64,000 nt of DNA from Tubulanus polymorphus (GCF_964204645.1 NC_134032.1:5132175-5196174), one strand, 5' to 3'; positions 1 to 9,978 are shown, counted from the first letter of the stretch. The notes: a model not told the origin generated them from the sequence alone. Numbers and translations are program-made.

Positions 1-1820
1 TTAAATATCTTTTCACAATAATAACATTTATCTGCAAACCCAAATACTTCTTTATCTTCTTCTGTCATAATTATTTCTTTATTTGTATTCAATAATTTAC
101 TAAATCTTATTTCATATTCAATTAATAAGTCACAAAAATGATTGATAACATTTTCATTTCTGTAATGATAATATTCACTTTCAATTAGTTCTGGATAATC
201 AGATTTAATATATAACCCGAAAGCAGCAGCTGATTGATGAATCTTTTTAATAGTATTTGTTTTTGGTGGTTCTTCTGAATAATCATTTTCATTAGAATTT
301 AATTTCTTTCTTTTATAATATATATCTTTTCTATCTTTATCTGTTAATTCTTTATTTAATGATTCAAAATCTCCATATATTACAAATGGTACTTTATTTT
401 TGTAATCATATTTTTTGAATTCTAATATTTTATCTTTTTCATTTGGGAAAACTAATTTACAATAATCATGATTATCACATAGTTGTTTATGATTTAATAA
501 TGTATTTTCATTACTAAATTTATGTAAACATTTTCTACATAGATATATTTTATGGTGATCATTTTCTGATTTGAAAAATAAATCTATTTGTTTAATCCAC
601 ATATAATGATTCTCATAATATAGTATATCTATAACATCATTTGAATCATAATCTTTTGATAGATATAAAGGTTCTAATGTATAATGTTTAATATTATTTC
701 CTTTTGTATTTGGTAATTTAATTAAATCAAATACATTTATCTTTAAATTATTATCTCTTTCTATTTTGGGGATGTTTTTAATTCTAACAGGATACTTATC
801 TATCTTATAATTATTTTCAAATTGTTTATAATGAGTTAATCTAAAACTATGTGTAATATCTTCTGTTGGGTGTAAACAACTTATTATAGCCCATATAAAA
901 CATTTATTATCAAAATTTTGTATATTTATTACACCATTAGTTTTAAATGGTAGTTTAATATAACTTGTTCCATTTATACTATCATCTTTATAATATGATA
1001 AATTATTTTCATCAATTGGTTTTGATTTAGTTAACTTATTATATTTTGTGTTATAAACATGTAAAGTTATAAATATTATCTCATCAAATATTAAACCAGA
1101 TCCTTCAAAATATTTCTCTTCTATTTTAGTTTTTATTTCATTATAACATTTATTTACTTTATCATCTATATGTTGTTTAGATATAATATGTTGTGAATGA
1201 GAATTTATATTATATATTGGTTTATCTTCAGATTTTATGAATTTAACTTTAGAAGATATACTAATTTTTGGATATTCTACGTTTGTAATTATTTTTATTA
1301 TTTCTTTCATATTTTCTAAATGTTTTTTATTTTCTTCTATTGTTTTTCCTTTATGAAATTTAAACTCGATAGCTGCTGGACCAATATCACTTTTAAATGC
1401 TTCGGTTATCTCTATATCTTTTTTATTATCTAATGAATTAATATAATTTCTTACATCTTCCATGTATGGTCTTTTATTGTTTAATTTATTTTTTATTCTT
1501 TTAATTGTTTTCTGTTTCTTATCGTTATCATTATCAAAATAATCTTCACCTAAAATATCATTATTCTTATTTCTAATATGACTTATAGATTTTAAATGTT
1601 CTTTATAATATCTTTTATCACTGAATGATTGATTACATGTATCACATTTATATGTTTCCTTTTCATTCTTTAATTCTTCTAATTTAGTTTCTAATATATC
1701 ATCCTTATATTCTAGTTTCAATTTATTCTCTAAATGTGTTATAGTTTTATTGTGTCTTGCTTTTTGAGATTTATCTATATCGATATTACATGTTGGGCAG
1801 TAGTACTTATTTGCTTCCAT
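1..1820 (-). CDS. pPolB: Protein-primed family B DNA polymerase, N-terminal part (runs off the window)
   Basis: Not in the ORF track because it has no stop in the window. My translation from ATG at 1820 gives MEANKYYCPTCNIDIDKSQKARH (C2H2 fingers), PYMEDVRNYINSL, EYPKISIS, FEGSGL, SYIKLP, DNKCFIWAI, HYMWIK, CRKCLHKF, exonuclease I motif IYGDFES and KCYYCEKIF at the edge. It is collinear with the N-terminus of the 23205 ORF. Confidence 0.9.
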   Translation of the reverse strand, partial: MEANKYYCPTCNIDIDKSQKARHNKTITHLENKLKLEYKDDILETKLEELKNEKETYKCDTCNQSFSDKRYYKEHLKSISHIRNKNNDILGEDYFDNDNDKKQKTIKRIKNKLNNKRPYMEDVRNYINSLDNKKDIEITEAFKSDIGPAAIEFKFHKGKTIEENKKHLENMKEIIKIITNVEYPKISISSKVKFIKSEDKPIYNINSHSQHIISKQHIDDKVNKCYNEIKTKIEEKYFEGSGLIFDEIIFITLHVYNTKYNKLTKSKPIDENNLSYYKDDSINGTSYIKLPFKTNGVINIQNFDNKCFIWAIISCLHPTEDITHSFRLTHYKQFENNYKIDKYPVRIKNIPKIERDNNLKINVFDLIKLPNTKGNNIKHYTLEPLYLSKDYDSNDVIDILYYENHYMWIKQIDLFFKSENDHHKIYLCRKCLHKFSNENTLLNHKQLCDNHDYCKLVFPNEKDKILEFKKYDYKNKVPFVIYGDFESLNKELTDKDRKDIYYKRKKLNSNENDYSEEPPKTNTIKKIHQSAAAFGLYIKSDYPELIESEYYHYRNENVINHFCDLLIEYEIRFSKLLNTNKEIIMTEEDKEVFGFADKCYYCEKIF

Positions 1821-1902
1821 TTTAATACTATATTTTTTATTAAAATTGATTTTAGAAGTTCAATGATTTAAATGTTATTCATATATATATGAATATTTTA
1901 AG

Positions 1903-2308
1903 AGTAATAGGGGTAATGGGCTTTCATATCAAAGGTTTAATGATCGAGTTCACTAATAACATATATTAAAAGTAATTAAAAAACTATAATATATTTTCAT
2001 AACCGCGTGCATTTCAGTTGAATAATAGAATAATTATTATCATTTGAATATATTTGATTATTTGAATTTGTGTATTGTAATTAAATCAATTGGTCGCGGA
2101 GCGGAGCGGTGGCGAAGCGGAGCGACCAATTGATTTAATACAATATGCTTTTTATATTATTGATATCTTAGAATAAATATTTAGTTTTGATATAAAATGC
2201 ACGCGGTTATGAAAATATATTATAGTTTTTTAATTACTTTTAATATTTTGTTTTTTAATGGGCTCGACCGTTCGACCTTTGGTATGAAAGCCCATTACCC
2301 CTATTACT
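1903..2308. repeat. Long imperfect inverted repeat (fold-back) at the end of element A
   Basis: Outer arms are 1903-2014 and 2195-2308 (AGTAATAGGGGTAATGGGCTTTCAT...ATGAAAGCCCATTACCCCTATTACT). Inner arms are 2080-2097 and 2122-2139 (ATTAAATCAATTGGTCGC/GCGACCAATTGATTTAAT), around a GC-rich loop. Confidence 0.95.
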
Positions 2309-2309
2309 T

Positions 2310-2417
2310 CTGCCATTCATATTGACACCTCTCTTGTTGAAACCGATTCTAGAATCTATCGTGACTAATGTTTTAAGTAAAGCCGCGAACAAAGTAATAG
2401 ATAAAGTTTCGTCATGA
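2310..2417 (+). pseudogene. 3' remnant of a small Polinton B gene cut by element A
   Basis: Open frame LPFILTPLLLKPILESIVTNVLSKAANKVIDKVSS* starts right at the junction, and its TGA overlaps the next ATG (ATGA). It resembles the GGFLP..L..L hydrophobic tail of small group-1 Polinton proteins. Confidence 0.5.
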
Positions 2418-3100
2418 AGAACGTAGAGAAATTGGTTATTCTACCGGAGGCAATGTTACCGCAAGTACAAGCATTCGTAGCTAGTCTACAGGGAAATGAA
2501 TCTATAACTAAAAAACCAGTTACCCGAAATCCGTTAAACGATAACAACCTATCCGATGATTTGAAATATCTAAAATATAACCCGTTGCTGCAGCAAGCTA
2601 TACAAAAAACGGAGCACGATAAACAATCACTACCTCGAAAAATTGAAGATATCAACGTCGTTAATAATACTTATTCGACTGAAAAAATTGTCGAACGTAT
2701 ACCGGTTAAATTCCGGAATAAGTGTAAATCGTTATTGACATTTTTCACAGAAAATCCAAACGTTTTGAGATGGAACGAAAAAGGAGAAATAATCTACAAG
2801 AATAATTTAATTCCTGGAAGCAATATTTCTGACATCGTTTACGTATCGTTAGTATTAACTACATTAAACCAAAGCTATATTGGATTAGAAGATTATATGT
2901 CAGCGATAAACGAACTTAATATTCCTACTAGCCTAATAAATAATAAAATGTTAAAGAGACGGATCAAAGGCGAACTTACCGTAGATTTAGATGCGTCGTT
3001 GTCTCCAGTAAAAAAGAAGGCAAAAGTAGATCAGCGCGGTTCCGGACTGCGTAGAAAGCGAGCTAGGAATGTCGATTTCACCAATTGGCTTAGCTTTTAA
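2414..3100 (+). CDS. Conserved Polinton hypothetical protein
   Basis: 228 aa with LRWNEKGEIIYKNNLIPGSNISDIV and a C-terminal W-x-x-F, a pattern I recognise from the gene upstream of the integrase in group-1 Polintons. Confidence 0.7.
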   Translation: MKNVEKLVILPEAMLPQVQAFVASLQGNESITKKPVTRNPLNDNNLSDDLKYLKYNPLLQQAIQKTEHDKQSLPRKIEDINVVNNTYSTEKIVERIPVKFRNKCKSLLTFFTENPNVLRWNEKGEIIYKNNLIPGSNISDIVYVSLVLTTLNQSYIGLEDYMSAINELNIPTSLINNKMLKRRIKGELTVDLDASLSPVKKKAKVDQRGSGLRRKRARNVDFTNWLSF

Positions 3101-3197
3101 TGGCTTCAAAATGCAATTAAAATGTATTGTTCAATTGTTCGTAGTATTATTGCGCAACTGAACGTGTTCGGGCACGTTTTGATTTCCATTTGATACG

Positions 3198-3728
3198 ATG
3201 GTCGTTAACGTGGTGAACATCGTCTCTACGGCGTGTTTGAATAGTTCATTAAATCTTACCGATGTCGCTAGAATCTCGCACGATGTAATTTACAACCCTT
3301 CCAAGTTTAGCGGGTTAATATGGAAAAATCGTAAAATAGAAGGTAATTGTCTATTATTCGGCAATGGAAAGATGGTAATTACTGGGTGTAAAAGTAAATC
3401 TAATAGTCGACGGAGTACGAGACAATTTGCGCGTTTACTGCAAAAGATGGGATACAATGTGAAGTTAAACAACTACAAAATACAAACAATAACCGGTGTC
3501 GTTAGAACTGGTCGGCATATTGACTTGATGAAATTTTCGAACTATTGTTGTACAGCGGAATATAACACAGAAATATTCCCCGGTTTAGTGTATATGTGCG
3601 AAAATGGAGTTAAATGTATTGTTCATAATGGCGGAACCATAATACTAGCCGGCGCAAAACAAACAAAAAAACTACAAAAGCGTACGAAGAAATTTTATTC
3701 TACATCATCTTATGTTCTAAATGAATAA
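3198..3728 (+). CDS. TATA-binding-protein (TBP)-like protein, core domain only, intronless
   Basis: Two TBP repeats: NIVSTACL..LNL...YNPSKFSGLIW...LLFGNGKMVITGCKS...ARLLQKMG and IQTITG...IDL...EYNTEIFPGLVY...GGTIILAGAK. Confidence 0.88.
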   Translation: MVVNVVNIVSTACLNSSLNLTDVARISHDVIYNPSKFSGLIWKNRKIEGNCLLFGNGKMVITGCKSKSNSRRSTRQFARLLQKMGYNVKLNNYKIQTITGVVRTGRHIDLMKFSNYCCTAEYNTEIFPGLVYMCENGVKCIVHNGGTIILAGAKQTKKLQKRTKKFYSTSSYVLNE

Positions 3729-3893
3729 ATTAATAAAAGGCGTGTTATCACAAATATTTTATTGTAAAAATAAAGATGAATTGGCGAAAATTGTTTTGTT
3801 GTTGTTGTTTGGACCGAGACGATCCAAGTTTTATTTGAAAATTCAATCGAATTAACTGCGTGAGCACGTGTTGTAACGGAAATACCGTTATCA

Positions 3894-4976
3894 ATGAAGG
3901 TGGAGCTGAAAAAATTCCTAGCCAATCAGTATTATGGTATCGAAAAACCAGCCAGTTTTTCGAGCGCAAACGCTCTACACAGAATATGTCGGCAAGAAAA
4001 TAAAAACATTTCGCTTAATGAGATAAAGGATTGGCTATCCGAACAAGAAGTTTACACATTACACGCCAAAGTGAGGAAAAGGTTTCCCAGAAATAAAACA
4101 ATAGCCTATCGAATGAACGAACAGTTTCAAATAGATTTGTGCGACGTTTCAAATATTTCCAAACACAACGACGGTATCAAGTTTCTATTGACGGCTATAG
4201 TTGTTTTATCGAGATACGGTTTCGCCGTTCCTTTGTTGAATAAATTCAACTCGACAGTTGTGGAAGGATTGAAAAAGATAATTAAACATAGAAAACCTAG
4301 CGTTATACAATCTGACGCCGGGACCGAGTTCCTCGGTTCAAAAACACAGAATTTTCTCAGAAACGAGGGTATAAGTTTTTTCAGAAGTAAAAACGAAGTA
4401 AAATGCGCTATTGTCGAACGATGGATACGTACATTAAAATCAAAAATGTATAAAATATTCTCGCATAGACATTCGTATAGATACATCGATGTACTGGACG
4501 ATATAGTTCGATCATATAACAATACATATCACCGCAGTATAAAAATGGCTCCAATAGACGTTAACCAGTTAAACGAATACATAGTTTTCAAAAACCTATA
4601 CGGACCCCACCGCATAGTAAATAGAGCGAAATTCAAATTTCGAGTGGGTGATACTGTTAGAATAAGCGAACTAAAAGGGCAGTTCCAAAAAGGTTATTTA
4701 CCCGGTTGGAGTACAGAGTTGTTTGTTGTAACTAAAAGAATTAATCGCCAACCGTGTGTATACAAGATTAAAGATTTACAAGATGTTGAAATAGATGGCG
4801 TTTTTTACGAAAACGAAATGATAAAAGTCAATAAAAGGGATGATGTTTATAAAGTCGAATCGATCATTAAATCCCGTGGAAAATGTTCGAGAAAACAATA
4901 TTTGGTGAAGTGGTATAATTACGCTGATAAATTTAATTCCTGGGTAAACGCAAAAGATATTAAAAAACTGAAATGA
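3894..4976 (+). CDS. Retroviral-like DDE integrase with C-terminal chromodomain
   Basis: QFQIDLCD, IQSDAGTEF, KCAIVERWIRTLK, YNNTYHRSIKMAP, FRVGDTVRIS, and chromodomain YKVESIIK...YLVKWYNY...NSWV. The ORF is intact. Confidence 0.95.
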   Translation: MKVELKKFLANQYYGIEKPASFSSANALHRICRQENKNISLNEIKDWLSEQEVYTLHAKVRKRFPRNKTIAYRMNEQFQIDLCDVSNISKHNDGIKFLLTAIVVLSRYGFAVPLLNKFNSTVVEGLKKIIKHRKPSVIQSDAGTEFLGSKTQNFLRNEGISFFRSKNEVKCAIVERWIRTLKSKMYKIFSHRHSYRYIDVLDDIVRSYNNTYHRSIKMAPIDVNQLNEYIVFKNLYGPHRIVNRAKFKFRVGDTVRISELKGQFQKGYLPGWSTELFVVTKRINRQPCVYKIKDLQDVEIDGVFYENEMIKVNKRDDVYKVESIIKSRGKCSRKQYLVKWYNYADKFNSWVNAKDIKKLK

Positions 4977-5800
4977 TTGGTAGTGATTTTTGCGTGTATC
5001 TCAAAAGCGATGCAAGCGTTGATCTTTACCCCGATAACATTCAACATAGTTTTATAGTTCGATTGAGAGAATCGATTTCGCTCGAGGGTAAATGGGTTTG
5101 CGCCTTGCACCAAATAAACTTTATGCTAAATTTCGATAACGTCGAAGATGGACGATTTGAATTGGCGTCACCGGAGCATGGAAAACAATACTTACGTATA
5201 CCGAAGGGTCGATATCACACTATTGCGCAATTAATCACCGTTATACAAACGTAAATCAACAAGTGGTTTTACGATAAAGTAATTATAGGTTTCGACGAAT
5301 TAAGTCATAAAGTTAATGTGAAGTTTTACGACGAGTGTTCGTTAACTTTTACGAACGATATAGCGTGGATTTTAGGCTTTAAATCTGGTATACCGGTAAA
5401 CGATATACCTAACGACCTTCGTCAGGGTTCGAAGAAAAATGGACCATTTGTAGATAGTAATGGTACCAAAACTATTTACAAATACATCGAAGTCACAGCG
5501 TCTAGATGTGTCGATATAAACGTCGACTATCATAATTTGATGATATATAGCGATGTTATAGAACCCCAACTAGTCGGCGATCAGAGCGCAAATCTTTTGC
5601 GTATGGTACATTTAAACACGATAAATTTTGGAAAGGTTATTGGAAAAGAGTTTAACAAATTACAATATTTTCCAGTGCAAAGGAGTAATTTTCAGACTAT
5701 AGAAGTCTTTATAAGAAGAGAATCGGGTAAAATACCTGTTTTTAAAAAAGGAAAAGTTAATCTTGTTTTACATTTTAAAAAGAAAAATATATTAATATGA
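4973..5800 (+). pseudogene. Minor capsid protein (penton/PZ-like) with one in-frame stop
   Basis: ORFs 4973-5254 and 5318-5800 share a frame and are separated by TAA at 5252-5254. Motifs are YLKSDAS..YPDN..SF.VRL...LEGKW.CAL and IYSDVIEPQLVGD...LLR...V.LVLHFKK. Confidence 0.85.
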
Positions 5801-6204
5801 GGGCTATTTGCGAAATAGATCACGATGTCTGTTGTAGATATTACGCAAATCAAAGCGGTGCCGGAGTCGACGTGTACACATCATCGCCTATACAAGGCGG
5901 TGCTGGATTTGCTTCTGTTTTAGGCGGTCTCGCTCGACCGGCGATACCCCTATTGAAAAATATGGCTAAACGAGCGGTGCCTCATTTACTAAGAACGGGT
6001 TTGCACGTTGCGAGCGATGTCGTAGGTGGTAAGAATTTTGCCACAGCCATTAAAGATCGCGGATTAGAAACAATGGGTCGTATTATCCGGGGTAAAGTGC
6101 GAACCGGTACAAAACCATTAAAAGGTCAAAAGAGAAAACGAAAACAGCGGATTATTTCCACAGGCAAACGTATAAAGAGAAGTGTTAGCGGCGAAGCGTA
6201 TTAG
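5797..6204 (+). CDS. Basic Polinton core/precursor-like protein
   Basis: YYANQSGAG and QGGAGFASVLGGLARPAIPLLK (glycine motifs, possible protease sites), plus a K/R-rich tail, lying between the minor and major capsid genes. Confidence 0.75.
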   Translation: MRAICEIDHDVCCRYYANQSGAGVDVYTSSPIQGGAGFASVLGGLARPAIPLLKNMAKRAVPHLLRTGLHVASDVVGGKNFATAIKDRGLETMGRIIRGKVRTGTKPLKGQKRKRKQRIISTGKRIKRSVSGEAY

Positions 6205-6209
6205 ACAAG

Positions 6210-7520
6210 ATGTCGTTATTAGTACACAAAGACTCGCCCCTGTGTGTCAAATCCGAATTGGATTTGTTTACTATCCTCGGTACCTAGATAAACTACAAAG
6301 AATGCCGTTACGTTAGTTACGAACCCTGTACATCGATCAATGATTCGGGACCTATCGTCTTCAGGATACCGAAAACAGAACAATATTTAGATTTAAACGT
6401 CACTTATTTGAAACTACAATTAAAATAGTCAACGGTGATGGCACTAATGTGGCGCCCGATAAATACGTGTCGATGATTAATGGCGTCTACAGTTTATTTA
6501 GCGACGTTCAAATTACGCTCAATGATCGCGTCGTTACGCACGACGGCGGATTGTACCCGTTTAAATGTGAGTTGGAAAATATGCTGAACTATAATTCCGA
6601 AACTAAAAATAGCAGTTGGCTACAATGCGAATTATACACTGAAGATGAGGCTGGCAAGAAAAATCATATCGACCCGACGATAGCCGGTGCTAATACCGGG
6701 CTGGTTAGAAGAAATAATTACACAAAAAACAGTAAACTAATCTGCGCTTATTCTCGATTATACTACGATGTAATGAGAATGAATAAAATTTTCATCAACA
6801 ATACAGATATGCAAATTAAACTGAATAGATCGAAGGAAAGTTTCGTTTTACTTTCTCCCGCGGAAAACGCTGATTTTCGTATAAGAATAGATAGCACTCA
6901 ACTTTATTTGCGAAAACTAGAATTAGATAGCTCGGTTTTGGTTGCGCACGCAAAGGCATTAGAAAAAAACACGGCTAAATACTACTTTTCAAGAACCGAA
7001 TTAACTTCATTGAATATTCCTAGAGGCCATAGAACGATCGTAAAGGATTCCGTTTTTGTGGGTGAAATTCCAAAGGCTATCGTTTTAGCGCTCGTAGACG
7101 ACGATGCGTTGAGCGGGAATATACGAAAAAATCCCTTTGATTTCCGAGACTTTTCATTGAGTTATGTAGGTGTTAGTGTCGATAACAATCACGTACAAAA
7201 TTCGCCGTTAATTATAGACTCCCGCGGTGATGGATGTGAAGTGTATCATAGTTTATATTTAGCTAGGGGTCTATTGTATAAAAATGAGGGTATAGGAATT
7301 AAACGAGAACATTTTAAAAACGGCAACTTTATTTGTTGTTTTAATATATCGCCCGAATACGGTGATCAACCGCACTTGTCACTTATTAAAAGGGGTTCGT
7401 TAAAAATTGAAATGAGATTTGACGAAGCTTTACCCCACAACGTCAATTTAATCGTTTACCGCCGTTTTCGACGAATTATTACAAGTAACTAAAGAACGTC
7501 ATATCGAAATTGATTATTAG
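6210..7520 (+). pseudogene. Major capsid protein (double jelly-roll, PY-like), disrupted
   Basis: True start is MSLLVHKDSPLCVKSELDLF at 6210. Lesions are a TAG at codon 26, a frameshift near 6423 into ORF 6449-7492 (SLFSDVQITLND, YPFK, KNPFDF, GSLKIEMRF), and a second frameshift near 7459 that hides the terminus AVFDELLQVTKERHIEIDY*. Confidence 0.9.
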
Positions 7521-7525
7521 TAACT

Positions 7526-7993
7526 ATGTTGTACACGAATCAGATTTTAGAATTTATGAAAAAAGACGATAGTCTACGATCGTGTTTTTTAGGCGTTTTT
7601 CCGTGCGACCGACTACCCGATATACGTAGTTATCCAGCTGGTTTTATAGTAAATACCGATTATCACGATCAACCGGGTGAACATTGGTTAAGCATTTATA
7701 TCAATAAGTTTGGTATCGGTTACTTTTTCGATTCCTTTGGACAATTACCCAGAACTTACGATGTAATATTAGAAAATTTTCTGGACGATAATTGTATAGA
7801 TTGGAAATATAATACTAAAATGTATCAAAACGTATTATCCGATGTATGTGGTTATTACGCGATATTTGTACAAATTTACCTATGTCACGGTTTTGAAATA
7901 GACGAAATTAAGAAATTATTGTCAAATAAAACTTATGATAACGACTATATTGTAAAAAATTTCATCGTAAAATATTTCAAATTAGTAAAATAA
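7526..7993 (+). CDS. Adenain-like cysteine maturation protease
   Basis: GVFPCDRLP, IVNTD...PGEHW, FFDSFG and YQ...SDVCGYY give the His-Asp-Cys triad plus the oxyanion Gln. Confidence 0.93.
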   Translation: MLYTNQILEFMKKDDSLRSCFLGVFPCDRLPDIRSYPAGFIVNTDYHDQPGEHWLSIYINKFGIGYFFDSFGQLPRTYDVILENFLDDNCIDWKYNTKMYQNVLSDVCGYYAIFVQIYLCHGFEIDEIKKLLSNKTYDNDYIVKNFIVKYFKLVK

Positions 7994-8030
7994 AAAATAG
8001 TGAAATATATAAATAAAAAAAAAAAAAAAA

Positions 8031-8104
<74 letters not shown>

Positions 8105-8568
8105 TCCCTCTCCCTCTCCCTCTCCCTCTCCCTCTCCCTCTCCCTCTCCCTCTCCCTCCCCTCTCCCTCTCCCTCTCCCTCTCCCTCTCCCTCTCCCTCT
8201 CCCTCTCCCTCTCCCTCTCCCTCTCCCTCTCCCTCTCCCTCTCCTCTCCCTCTCCCTCTCCCTCTCCCTCTCCCTCTCCCTCTCCCTCTCCCTCTCCCTC
8301 TCCCTCTCCCTCTCCCTCTCCCTCTCCTCTCCCTCTCCCTCTCCCTCTCCCTCTCCCTCTCCCTCTCCCTCTCCTCTCCCTCTCCCTCTCCCTCTCCCTC
8401 TCCCTCTCCCTCTCCCTCTCCCTCTCCCTCTCCCTCCCCCTCCCCCTCCCCCTCCCCCTCCCCCTCCCCCTCCCCCTCCCCCTCCCCCTCCCCCTCCCCC
8501 TCCCCCTCCCCTCCCCCTCCCCCTCCCCCTCCCCCTCCCCCTCCCCCTCCCCCTCCCCCTCCCCCTCT
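8031..8568. repeat. Compound polypyrimidine microsatellite (CT)n-(CCCTCT)n-(CCCCCT)n after an A16 tract
   Basis: Directly visible: about 540 bp of C/T only. Confidence 0.98.
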
Positions 8569-8656
8569 TATCGATTGGGTAGCCATTTTTTTACGAATGA
8601 AGTGACTAGTTTACAAGGGTCTATATACTCATAAGCAGAAAATATGATTAATAGTA

Positions 8657-8918
8657 AGTATTTAGAAAAGTGGGGTTTCAGATCAGAGGGCGTGAGGGCG
8701 AGACACCCCACTCATCACCACAAGTAATTTTTTTCCCTAATAAATGGGAGACAGTGAGTTCCAAACAGAAAAAAGTGATGTCAATAAAAATCAATATTAT
8801 TGCCCATATTGTAAAAAATACATCGATAAACCTTACATGGAAAATGTTAGAAATTATATTGATTCACTAGAAATAAAAGATACAATTGAAATTTTAGAAA
8901 TATTACGTAGTAAAATTG
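8657..8918 (+). repeat. Left terminal inverted repeat of element C
   Basis: 8657-8748 is near-identical to the reverse complement of 23201-23292. Looser similarity continues to 8828 (vs ~23121) and then 8828-8918 matches 22831-22740. Confidence 0.92.
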
Positions 8919-8947
8919 TGACACACATAAACAGTGAGTGCGCGTAA
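8744..8947 (+). CDS. Short internally deleted copy of the pPolB N-terminus within the left TIR
   Basis: VNKNQYYCPYCKKYID is joined directly to KPYMENVRNYIDSLEIKDTIEILE, and both segments occur in ORF 20611-23205. Expression is uncertain. Confidence 0.5.
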   Translation: MGDSEFQTEKSDVNKNQYYCPYCKKYIDKPYMENVRNYIDSLEIKDTIEILEILRSKIVTHINSECA

Positions 8948-9159
8948 AAACAGCTGCGTGTGGATAGATCGATACAGTGAGTCTCTACTGAGAACGGTTA
9001 TTAATGTGTGTGCTATTACTGTAGTACAGTGATTGCGTGTCAACTGTACCCGGATAAATAGATGCTGTGAGGCTTGGGTGAGAACGGTTAATAGCGTGCT
9101 TGTTATATAGGGGGAAGTAATCCCCACTCATCACCACAAGTAATTTGTTTTCCTTATAA

Positions 9160-9486
9160 ATGGGAGATAGAAAAGCATTCTTAGCAACAATAAATAACAG
9201 AATAAAACCAGCAAAAAAACAATTTGAAATAAAAAAGTTAGTTGATGTTACAAAAGAAATTGAACATAAAATATTGAAATTAGAAAAGATAAAAACTAAA
9301 TACGTAGAGAAAGTATCAGCTAATTTAAGCTACTGTAATGTTAGTACATCGCGAGAATTTAAAGTGTTTTTACCCGATAAATGGGTTTCATTGAGTATGG
9401 AGGAATTGAAAGATTTAGTAGGATTTAAAATAATATATCATGGAAAAAATGAAGATGGCCATCATGATTTAGAAATTGTTGATTAA
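9160..9486 (+). CDS. Hypothetical protein
   Basis: 108-aa ORF preceded by the element's ~40-bp leader motif and ATAAATG. Confidence 0.7.
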   Translation: MGDRKAFLATINNRIKPAKKQFEIKKLVDVTKEIEHKILKLEKIKTKYVEKVSANLSYCNVSTSREFKVFLPDKWVSLSMEELKDLVGFKIIYHGKNEDGHHDLEIVD

Positions 9487-9636
9487 ATTTAAAAAAATAA
9501 ATTAATAAAAATAATGAATATCTAGAATCCGAAATGACTTATCTGGACAATTTAATTGCTCCTCATAGATAGACAAAAGTAGTGAGATATTCAATTAATT
9601 AAAAAAAATTATTTTTTTTGCTTTTTTTCTAAAATA

Positions 9637-9978
9637 TTAATCCATTTTTTTTATTGTTAATTTTGGAATTTCAGAAGTATTTTCATTTTTAATAGCAGTT
9701 GTTTCAGAATTACTAATATCATGAATTTTATTTGATTTCTTATACCAATTACACCCAATCAAAATGAATACAATTACAAATCCAACTGTAAAATATAAAT
9801 ATTTATCAAATATTCTACTATCAGAAGGAGTAGAAATAACAATATTTTCACCATTTTTATTACTTATTTTTTCTTTTACAGCTTTTTTATATTCTTGTGA
9901 TTTAATTCCTAATTGCCGAGACCATTCAATTTGTTTCTGAGTTCTCGGTTTTTTCTTCACTTCTTTCACCTCGCTCAT
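9637..9978 (-). CDS. Hypothetical membrane protein
   Basis: 113 aa with a basic N-terminus (KKKPRT), one hydrophobic helix (YLYFTVGFVIVFILIG) and an ATAAATG start. Confidence 0.7.
   Translation of the reverse strand: MSEVKEVKKKPRTQKQIEWSRQLGIKSQEYKKAVKEKISNKNGENIVISTPSDSRIFDKYLYFTVGFVIVFILIGCNWYKKSNKIHDISNSETTAIKNENTSEIPKLTIKKMD

Larger units (their letters stand above)
1..2308. mobile_element. Polinton/Maverick element A, right end only (group-2-like, related to element C)
   Basis: Very AT-rich block with the 5' part of a pPolB on the minus strand. It ends in ...CTATTACT at 2308 (AGTAATAG on the bottom strand, fitting the AG...CT rule), and composition becomes CpG-rich from 2309. The other end and TSD lie outside the window. 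Confidence 0.7.

Noticed and set aside
1842-1849. AAAATTGA (mimivirus early-promoter-like) near the start of A's pPolB
   Set aside because: It is a single occurrence on the strand opposite the gene, in very AT-rich DNA, and is expected by chance.
7945-8605. ORFs 7945-8586 (-) and 8000-8605 (+) with GE/RE/SP/LS repeats
   Set aside because: They are read-throughs of the C/T microsatellite.
8670-8870. ORF MGFQIRGREGETPHSS and its mirror at 23079-23306
   Set aside because: They are shared only because both lie in the TIRs. They have no ATAAATG context and overlap better-supported frames.
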